Below are positions 45,305 through 51,781 of a stretch of DNA of 58,004 bases, piece by piece. The notes beneath the pieces are model-generated. The model searched no databases, was not told where the DNA came from, and saw only the letters and a list, made by a program, of their open reading frames with translations. The DNA is from an uncultured Candidatus Saccharibacteria bacterium (lineage in GTDB: Bacteria; Patescibacteriota; Minisyncoccia; Phycocordibacterales; CAIRYW01): assembly GCA_964386665.1 (NCBI GenBank), contig CAYLQP010000004.1:22845-80848 (forward strand). Direction: 5' to 3'. Positions within the stretch are counted from its first letter, which is position 1. Each line of letters starts with the position of its first letter. The position numbers and the translations under genes were made by a program.

Positions 45305-45775
45305 TTAATGGTGTCCTCCTCCACCGTGCCCCCCGCCATGTCCGTGATCCTCTTTATGGCTACTACCACCCCCTCCTCCACCACCTCCTTTTCCAGATAC
45401 TCTATCAATAGAAACCAGATCAAATGAACTGAAAAAAACCCAAACAGCCGCAAGTATTGTTGCAACCTTTCCACCACCCCATAAGAACCCCCCTCTTCCT
45501 TTCCACATATGTGTAAGTGCTTCTTTAGGTTTTCGTGTTTCTATGTGAGGTTTTGAGTGTCCGTGACTATGTTCACTATGCTCCCCTTCTTCGGAATGAT
45601 GATCGTGTTCTCCTGCTTCCGCGTGTAGTGCACTACGTACTTCCCCTACTCTCGCAGCTGCTCCATCTTCTGGATGATGTGTTCGTGGTGGGTGTTCAGG
45701 CGCTCCACTGCTTGCAGGTGGTGTTGGAGGATGTTCGTGGGCAGGAGTTGGTGTTGGAGGATGTTCGTGACTCAT
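45305..45775 (-). CDS. His/Pro/Gly-rich single-TM protein, putative metal-binding
   Basis: 156 aa. HEHPPTP occurs twice, there is a run HDHHSEEGEHSEHSHGH, one TM (VATILAAVWVFFSSF), and a C-terminal GGGGGGGGSSHKEDHGHGGGHGGGGHH. The gene is visibly more GC-rich than its neighbours. Confidence 0.6.
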   Translation of the reverse strand: MSHEHPPTPTPAHEHPPTPPASSGAPEHPPRTHHPEDGAAARVGEVRSALHAEAGEHDHHSEEGEHSEHSHGHSKPHIETRKPKEALTHMWKGRGGFLWGGGKVATILAAVWVFFSSFDLVSIDRVSGKGGGGGGGGSSHKEDHGHGGGHGGGGHH

Positions 45776-45783
45776 AGTGTTAT

Positions 45784-46746
45784 ATGTTAATGATTAAATG
45801 GTATACTTATAGCTATATTATGACACTAAACGAACTCAAAAGGCAATTCCTAGAACATCTCGAAATCGAAAAAGGTCGAGCCTTGCGGACCGTTACGCTT
45901 TATGATGATTACCTTACCAAATTCATCAATTTCAAAAACATCACCTTACCTGAAGACATTACCGAAGAAAACGTTCGAGAATTCAGGCTTTGGCTCAATC
46001 GCCAGCCAGGCACGCGCTCTATCCGAGGGTCTCAAATGAAGAAAAAAACTCAAAACTACTACCTCATCGCCCTTCGAATGTTTCTTAAATACCTCGCCAA
46101 ACGTAAGATTACTACCCCTATTTCAGCTGATTATATCGACTTACCTAAGCTCCAAGAAAGACAAATCGACTTGATTGGAGCAAAAGAGCTTAACCGACTG
46201 CTAGAAGCTCCTATGAGCGAAAAAAATCCCATTTTAAGAGCCAGGGATAAAGCTATTTTGGAAATGTTGTTTTCGACTGGACTTCGAGTTTCTGAGCTTT
46301 GTGCACTCAAATCAAGTATTGATTTGTCCCTCGATGAATTAAGTGTAAGGGGAAAAGGAGGCAAAATCCGAGTCGTGTTCATTTCTCCTGATGCAAAAGA
46401 AGCTCTGAAAGAGTTTATGAAGCTTCGCAAAGATATGAGTGATGCATTGTTTACAAGCTTTGCAGTCAAAGATACAAAAAGAATCGAAGCTGGCAAACCG
46501 CTCGATCGTCGCTCAGTTGAGCGAATAGTCAAGAAATACGCCACTCTTGCAGGGATCACAGAACGAGTAACTCCACACGTGTTGCGTCATTGTTTTGCTA
46601 CCAATTTACTTCGAAACGGTGCAGATCTTCGATCAGTGCAAGCACTCCTTGGTCATGCTCATATTGGAACCACTCAGATTTATACTCACGTAACCGACAG
46701 TCATCTCAAAGAAATCCATCAGAAGTTTCACAAAAAAACAGGGTAG
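45784..46746 (+). CDS. XerC/XerD-family tyrosine recombinase
   Basis: C-terminal HVLRHCFATNLLRNGADLRSVQALLGHAHIGTTQIYTHV. The start is probably the MTLNELKRQF Met at 45820. Confidence 0.85.
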   Translation: MLMIKWYTYSYIMTLNELKRQFLEHLEIEKGRALRTVTLYDDYLTKFINFKNITLPEDITEENVREFRLWLNRQPGTRSIRGSQMKKKTQNYYLIALRMFLKYLAKRKITTPISADYIDLPKLQERQIDLIGAKELNRLLEAPMSEKNPILRARDKAILEMLFSTGLRVSELCALKSSIDLSLDELSVRGKGGKIRVVFISPDAKEALKEFMKLRKDMSDALFTSFAVKDTKRIEAGKPLDRRSVERIVKKYATLAGITERVTPHVLRHCFATNLLRNGADLRSVQALLGHAHIGTTQIYTHVTDSHLKEIHQKFHKKTG

Positions 46747-46757
46747 CTAAAGAACAC

Positions 46758-46790
46758 AAAAGCCCCGCAAGCTTCGCTTGCGGGGCTTTT
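46758..46790 (+). terminator. rho-independent terminator after the xer gene
   Basis: Stem aaagccccgcaagc / gcttgcggggcttt followed by a T-rich run. Confidence 0.8.
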
Positions 46791-46803
46791 GTGTTCTTTT
46801 AAA

Positions 46804-46833
46804 TAAAAAACCCCAAGCACGTGGCTTAGGGGG
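46804..46833 (-). terminator. rho-independent terminator of the 98-aa minus-strand ORF
   Basis: The minus strand reads cccccuaagc-cacgu-gcuugggg followed by uuuuuuauuu. Confidence 0.65.
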
Positions 46834-46846
46834 TAAAGACTATTGC

Positions 46847-47143
46847 TTACGCAACCTTTGGCTGCCCCACTCTTGCTTCAAATGTAAAGCCGGAGGCATT
46901 GTATTTCATCGAACGTCCAAAGTGCGTCTCGAAAGAGGTCTTCGCCTCTTGGTCCTCGAGAAACACTTTCCATTTTTCGAGGAATTGACCTGTGTAGGTC
47001 TGACTTCCTTCAGAGGCTATTGCATTGAGTCTCCCGAGGATGGACTCAAAGACGTCGCGGTGCCTTCTTCCTCCAACAACCCTGCGCAGGGTTGTTTTGA
47101 AGGTTTCTTTGTGTATCCTTTCGTTTTCTCTTTCTGTGTCCAT
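46847..47143 (-). CDS. 98-aa orphan protein
   Basis: I preferred it over the overlapping plus-strand 133-aa ORF because a terminator in the correct orientation follows it. It is higher in GC than its surroundings. Confidence 0.45.
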   Translation of the reverse strand: MDTERENERIHKETFKTTLRRVVGGRRHRDVFESILGRLNAIASEGSQTYTGQFLEKWKVFLEDQEAKTSFETHFGRSMKYNASGFTFEARVGQPKVA

Positions 47144-47291
47144 GGGTGTGAGACACTGGCTTGGTCAGTGTTGAATTAATCTAAATGAGCCAATGTCTGA
47201 ATAAATATTCTAATCAAAATGTAAAAAATAGCAAGTAAAAAACACATTTAGTCAATAATACAAAAAATGAGGGATTGATACTATATAATAT

Positions 47292-48089
47292 ATGAAAATC
47301 ATTTCTTGGAACGTCAACGGTATTAGAGCCGTCAACAACAAAAACCTCTTTCTTCCTTTCATTGAAGGTCACAAACCAGATATTATCTGCCTTCAGGAAA
47401 CCAAGGCTATGCAAGGTCAAGCCGAAATCGATCTCAAAGAGTATCAAGAATACTGGAATTCTGCAGAGAAGAAGGGATATAGCGGGGTTGCGATTTTTTC
47501 AAAAGTGAAGCCTTTGAACGTTTTTTTGGATTTTTCAGAAGAAATTACCAAACAGTTTGTTCTAAAGGACACATACGGCGATCTTACCAAAGAAGGCAGG
47601 GTTCTGACTCTCGAGTTTGAAAAGTTCTTTTTGGTTAACGTCTATACTCCAAACGCCAAACCAGACCTCTCACGGCTCGATATGAGGCATAATCACTGGG
47701 ACAAAGCGTTTCTTGAGCACTGCAAGATGCTCGAAACTGTGAAACCAGTTATCTTTTGTGGGGATTTAAACGTAGCGCATACAGAACTTGACCTTGCACG
47801 ACCGAAGGATAATGTCGGAGAACATGGTTTCACAGACGAAGAACGAGAAGGAATCGACTGTGTTATCAAAGCAGGCTTTGTTGATTCGTTCCGGATGTTT
47901 CATACAGATGGTTCACACTACACGTGGTGGTCAAACTGGGGAAACGCACGAGCAAGAAACGTTGGTTGGAGAATAGATTATTTCTTTGTTTCGCAGAAGT
48001 TGGTGAAACACTTGAGGAAAGCAGAAATTCTCAAAGATGTGCTCGGATCTGATCATTGTCCCGTATCAATTGATATTGACATAAAGTAG
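47292..48089 (+). CDS. xth: exodeoxyribonuclease III
   Basis: 265 aa with MKIISWNVNGIRA, LQETK and SDHCPV motifs. Confidence 0.9.
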   Translation: MKIISWNVNGIRAVNNKNLFLPFIEGHKPDIICLQETKAMQGQAEIDLKEYQEYWNSAEKKGYSGVAIFSKVKPLNVFLDFSEEITKQFVLKDTYGDLTKEGRVLTLEFEKFFLVNVYTPNAKPDLSRLDMRHNHWDKAFLEHCKMLETVKPVIFCGDLNVAHTELDLARPKDNVGEHGFTDEEREGIDCVIKAGFVDSFRMFHTDGSHYTWWSNWGNARARNVGWRIDYFFVSQKLVKHLRKAEILKDVLGSDHCPVSIDIDIK

Positions 48090-48164
48090 TTTCTATTTTT
48101 TGTTATAAAGGACAAGACTTTTCCACAGTTTGTCCTTTACATGTCTTTTATAAGACATATAATT

Positions 48165-48560
48165 ATATCAGTTCCGCTTAATCTCTTTTGCGGAAAAAAG
48201 TTCTTTGTAAAAGTCTGCAAACGTTTTTAAGATCTTAGTTGATCTTTAAGCTTTGTTAAAAATCCTCAAACATTTTTTGTCTGGCAATTCTGCCAAGACG
48301 CACATTTCTGGATTTCTTAACCAAGTCGTGTTCAAGAAGATACTTGAAAACAAACACGCCGACTCTATATTTCCTGACAACTTGTCAGGCGTCTGTACGT
48401 TTCTTTAGGGTGAAACGAAGGACAAAATCAAAGGCCGTAATCGCGCCAAAAAGGTTTCGAGGTTAAATGAATATGCCAAGAACTTCAAGGATTTCCAATT
48501 AGTTTTTATGTTTTGGATTCCTGCCGCGTGATGCGGTCTTTAGTGTTTTTAAATAAGTCA
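48165..48560 (+). ncRNA. rnpB: candidate RNase P RNA (weak, motif-level only)
   Basis: Five colinear motifs resemble bacterial RNase P RNA conserved regions. They are AAAAGUCUGC (48209), CAAACACGCCGAC (48351), UAGGGUGAAAC (48406) followed by GGCCGUAAUCGCGCC, GCCAAGAAC (48475), and GCGGUCUUU (48533), which can pair with the first motif as a P4-like helix. The ACAGAA element is absent and I could not fold P1/P2. Confidence 0.35.
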
Positions 48561-48632
48561 AAAATCAAAGAAAAAAGACCAAAGATTATTCTTTAGTCTC
48601 TTCTCTTTGATTTTTGATCCAATATCTTTTAT

Positions 48633-50117
48633 CTATTTAACATTATGATTCTTTCGGATTTTTTGTACCTCTTCTTCGTCCGCTTTTTCTTTTTTTGCTT
48701 TTCCTTTTAGACCAAGTTCTTTCAATTGTGTAAGTGGTAGTTTCAACAGCTCCTTTGATCTTTCGAGTAAGTATTCTTCTGTATTTTTTTCTGGCTCTTC
48801 GAGAACTTCTTCAAGAAGTGCGTGTAATATAAACCCAAGTGCTGGTGAAGGTGGAACAGCTAATTTTTCCATCAAAATTGTTCCATTGACTTTGAGTTGC
48901 CCAACCGATACAGGATCTCGAAGTGCTTCTTCAATCATTGAGTGGTACTTACGGAGTCTAAAAGGTGCTTCTTTGGGTCGTCCTGTTCCAATACGGTCAC
49001 AAATACGTACGTCCATTAGGTCCCAAATATTTTCTTTTCCAACATTTACAATCATTCTTCGTACAGCTGAAAGTGTAATTTGTTCTGTATCAGAAAAGAA
49101 CATATGCCACCTAACAAGCTTGGTTACTTTATCTATTGTGTCTTTTGGGAATTTGAGTCGGTCGAGAATCTTTTTTGTCATTCGTGCTCCAACAACTTCG
49201 TGCCCATAAAACGTGTATTCTTTTTTTTCTTCCGAAAATCGACGTGTCGCTGGTTTGCCAATATCGTGCAAAAGCGCAGAAAGCCTTATTTCAAAAGGAT
49301 AATTTTTGTCTGCCGCGTGTTTTAATGATCGAAGCAAGTGTTCAAATACATCAAATGAGTGCGCTTTGTTTTGAGTGCATCCTACCCCTTCTTCAAGTTC
49401 AGGAATAATGTACTGAAGTAGATTAAGTTTTTTGAGCATCAAAATCGCTCGCATTGGATCAGAAGTATTCAGCATTTTTGAAAATTCGTCTCGAAGTCTT
49501 TCGGCAGAAATGTTTTGTAGTAGTGATCCACATTCAAAAATAGCCTTTTCTGTTACTTCATCAATCTCAAAATCAAGTTGTACTGCAAGTCGAATTGCTC
49601 GCATAATTCGCAAACCATCTTCATTAAACCGTAAATGAGGATCCCCTACTGTTTTGATGAGCTTTAGTTTCAAATCCGTTTTTCCATCAAAGAGATCAAC
49701 AACTTCTATCCCCTCTTTCTTTTCTCGAACCGCAATTGCATTGATAGTAAAATCTCTTCGTTTGAGGTCATCTGATAGATTCGTGCTAAACGATACTTCA
49801 TCAGGATGTCTATTGTTTGAATATATTCCTTCTATTCGATACGGTGTCGCCTCGACTACCTTTAGGGTTTCATCTATTCCCTCTTCTTCATTTACAATAC
49901 CAACTGTTCCAAACTTGTTTTCATAAAAAGTGTGTGGGAAAAGAGCCTGAATTTCTTCTGGAGTAGCATTTGTAGTAACATCCCAGTCTTTTGCTTTTTG
50001 ACCAAGAAACAAGTCTCGTACACATCCACCCACTAGATACGCTTCAAAACCAGCTTCCTCAATCACTTGAGTAACTTTCGAAATTTCTTTCGGAATAATG
50101 ATGTTTTTGTAGTTCAC
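48633..50117 (-). CDS. cca: CCA-adding enzyme / poly(A) polymerase-family nucleotidyltransferase with an HD domain
   Basis: 494 aa with a GGCVRD nucleotidyltransferase motif and the HD motif LHDIGKP. Confidence 0.85.
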   Translation of the reverse strand: MNYKNIIIPKEISKVTQVIEEAGFEAYLVGGCVRDLFLGQKAKDWDVTTNATPEEIQALFPHTFYENKFGTVGIVNEEEGIDETLKVVEATPYRIEGIYSNNRHPDEVSFSTNLSDDLKRRDFTINAIAVREKKEGIEVVDLFDGKTDLKLKLIKTVGDPHLRFNEDGLRIMRAIRLAVQLDFEIDEVTEKAIFECGSLLQNISAERLRDEFSKMLNTSDPMRAILMLKKLNLLQYIIPELEEGVGCTQNKAHSFDVFEHLLRSLKHAADKNYPFEIRLSALLHDIGKPATRRFSEEKKEYTFYGHEVVGARMTKKILDRLKFPKDTIDKVTKLVRWHMFFSDTEQITLSAVRRMIVNVGKENIWDLMDVRICDRIGTGRPKEAPFRLRKYHSMIEEALRDPVSVGQLKVNGTILMEKLAVPPSPALGFILHALLEEVLEEPEKNTEEYLLERSKELLKLPLTQLKELGLKGKAKKEKADEEEVQKIRKNHNVK

Positions 50118-50181
50118 ATCAAAATTGTATTACAAACTTTGATTTTTTCATAATTTTACAGTATAGTATGTTTTGTAGGTT

Positions 50182-50253
50182 GCATCCGTGGTGAAATGGA
50201 TATCACAACGGTCTTCGGAACCGTTTTTGGGGGTTCGAGTCCCTCCGGATGCA
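50182..50253 (+). tRNA. tRNA-Arg (UCG)
   Basis: 72 nt with the anticodon loop CTTCGGA and the T-loop TTCGAGT. No CCA is encoded. Confidence 0.9.
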
Positions 50254-50300
50254 CTAAAATACAAAACCACCGCTTTGTCGGTGGTTTTGTATTTTAGTGC
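50251..50300 (+). terminator. 22-bp perfect hairpin overlapping the tRNA-Arg 3' end
   Basis: gcactaaaatacaaaaccaccg / cggtggttttgtattttagtgc with a ctttgt loop. Confidence 0.5.
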
Positions 50301-50310
50301 AGACGCAACA

Positions 50311-50332
50311 AATCTCTGGGAGAGATTTTTTG
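50311..50332 (+). terminator. rho-independent terminator
   Basis: Stem aaatctct / agagattt with a ggg loop, then tttt. Confidence 0.6.
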
Positions 50333-50595
50333 AGGACTCGAAAACCTTTTGAGCTACTTTTGTGAGTGAAACAAAGCAAAAGGACTAAAAGGTCTACGAC
50401 ATTATTTTCTTATGAGTGAAGCAAGTTACACCATCCCGGGTATACATTGCTATTAGAAAATAAGAAGTGCTCTTGTGGCACTGAAACTCCTCACCTGCCC
50501 TAGCTACACGTTAGATGTTGGTAAAGTTAGGTAAGCTTCGAGCTCCTAGTAAACACTAGTTTTTATGTTCTATTTATATTAGAATACAGATCGAA

Positions 50596-50666
50596 GCGGG
50601 TATAGTTTAGTGGTAGAATATGACATTGCCAATGTTAAGATAGGAGTTCGATTCTCCTTACCCGCA
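50596..50666 (+). tRNA. tRNA-Gly (GCC)
   Basis: 71 nt with the anticodon loop TTGCCAA and the T-loop TTCGATT. No CCA is encoded. Confidence 0.9.
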
Positions 50667-50834
50667 CAAAAGAATAATTTGATGTCCCTGACCTTTATTT
50701 TGAATAACCACACATTGTCCCCAATAATCCCCTAAAATTGTTGAAAACTGGGGATAAACCTGTGAATATGTGTAAAAGACACTCTTTTATAGGTCAAAAA
50801 GTCAAAATAATCTAGCACACTCTCTTTTTGTAGT

Positions 50835-51074
50835 TGTCTTACGTGTTACATTATAAGGGTTTTGGGTTTCTTACTATATTTTGAGGTTATATTCGATTCT
50901 TTTGAGGCACATCGAGTGTCTGAGTTTCAAACCTGTTGATATGTTTGGCAAAAGTTTTCACGTGTAACACAAAATATGTTTCATATGAAACATATCGATA
51001 TCTAATATTAAGTTTCACGTGAAATAGTGAACTTCTTGTTCGGGATATCTGGTGATATAATTTCACATGAAACA
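50835..51074. other. five parS-like palindromes (intergenic part of the array)
   Basis: TGTCTTACGTGTTACA (50835-50850), GTTTTCACGTGTAACA (50954-50969), TGTTTCATATGAAACA (50977-50992), AGTTTCACGTGAAATA (51011-51026) and AATTTCACATGAAACA (51059-51074), compared with the consensus TGTTNCACGTGAAACA. Confidence 0.7.
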
Positions 51075-51152
51075 GTAGGCAGTAGGTGTTTTCTTTGGAT
51101 TTCTCTTAATAGCAGGGATATTTTATAAAGGACATTATAAAAGACATATAAA

Positions 51153-51536
51153 ATGGCTCAACATAACGATATTGGAAGGCTAGGAGAAGAAATAGCGACT
51201 CAATTCCTTTTAAACAAGGGTTTCAAGATTGTAGACCGTAATTATCTTCAAAAAAGCGGCGAAATAGACATTGTTGCTGTTTACAAGGGAAAAACTCATT
51301 TTATTGAAGTAAAATCAGTGTCTTGTGATCTGAGAAACGTTTCACGTGAAAACCTCCCCTTGCCGGAAGAAAATGTTACACGTGAAAAGTTACGAAGGCT
51401 TCGAAATGTGGTTACAGAGTATATGTTAAGAAAAAGGGTGGAAGACTGGACTTTTGATGTATGTGCAGTGTTTATAGACCGTACCACCAAAAAAGCAAAA
51501 GTCCGTTTCCTTGAAAACGAACTTTTGCCAGAGTAA
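51153..51536 (+). CDS. yraN: YraN-family (UPF0102) PD-(D/E)xK endonuclease-like protein
   Basis: 127 aa with GRLGEEIATQFLLNKGFKIVDRNY...GEIDIVA...HFIEVKS. Confidence 0.8.
   Translation: MAQHNDIGRLGEEIATQFLLNKGFKIVDRNYLQKSGEIDIVAVYKGKTHFIEVKSVSCDLRNVSRENLPLPEENVTREKLRRLRNVVTEYMLRKRVEDWTFDVCAVFIDRTTKKAKVRFLENELLPE
51338..51389. other. two parS-like sites inside the yraN-like gene
   Basis: CGTTTCACGTGAAAAC (51338-51353) and TGTTACACGTGAAAAG (51374-51389). Confidence 0.6.
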
Positions 51537-51579
51537 CTTTCATTTTTGTTTTTTTGTGTTAAACTATGGAACATAAAAA

Positions 51580-51628
51580 CGGGATGTAGTGTAATGGTAG
51601 CATAAGTCTTTGGGGTCGTGTTCATTGT
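51580..51628 (+). pseudogene. tRNA-Pro-like 5' fragment abutting the intact tRNA-Pro
   Basis: cgggatgtagtgtaatggtagcataa matches the first 26 nt of tRNA-Pro at 22 positions. The anticodon stem cannot pair and there is no T-arm. Confidence 0.55.
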
Positions 51629-51699
51629 CGGGGTGTGGTGTAACGGTAGCATAAATGCTTTGGGAGCATTCAGTCCGAGTTCAAATCTCGGCACCCCGA
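51629..51699 (+). tRNA. tRNA-Pro (UGG)
   Basis: 71 nt with the anticodon loop TTTGGGA and the T-loop TTCAAAT. No CCA is encoded. Confidence 0.9.
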
Positions 51700-51750
51700 C
51701 AAAGAACATGACCAGATGTATGGGATACATCTGTGGCCCGAAGGGATTTT

Positions 51751-51781
51751 GTCCGAGTTCAAATCTCGGCACCCCGACAAA
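51751..51781 (+). repeat. 31-nt exact duplicate of the tRNA-Pro 3' end (copy of 51673-51703)
   Basis: gtccgagttcaaatctcggcaccccgacaaa occurs twice, 78 bp apart. The second copy ends at the base before the methyltransferase ATG. Confidence 0.9.

Noticed and set aside
45230-45777. ORFs 45230-45427 (+), 45280-45477 (-) and 45535-45777 (+) overlapping the His-rich gene
   Set aside because: They are shorter alternative frames of the same GC-rich repeat-containing DNA. The 156-aa frame is the longest and has a TM segment plus a coherent His/Gly composition.
46778-47179. 133-aa plus-strand ORF
   Set aside because: It starts inside the xer terminator and has no terminator of its own. The opposite-strand 98-aa ORF is followed by a correctly oriented terminator.
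50791-50808. aGGTCAAAaaGTCAAAa resembling a CtsR operator
   Set aside because: The spacing between the heptads is wrong (1-2 nt instead of 3). No ctsR or clp genes are nearby.
51027-51042. GTGAAC-ttctt-GTTCG upstream of the yraN-like gene as a second SOS box
   Set aside because: The spacer is 5 nt, not 4. It overlaps the flank of a parS-like site, which explains the GTGAA part.
51296-51772. 158-aa minus-strand ORF, and the 22 N-terminal codons of the 51716 ORF
   Set aside because: Both read through tRNA-Pro or its duplicated fragments. The methyltransferase has a proper Met (MKKNK) at 51782.
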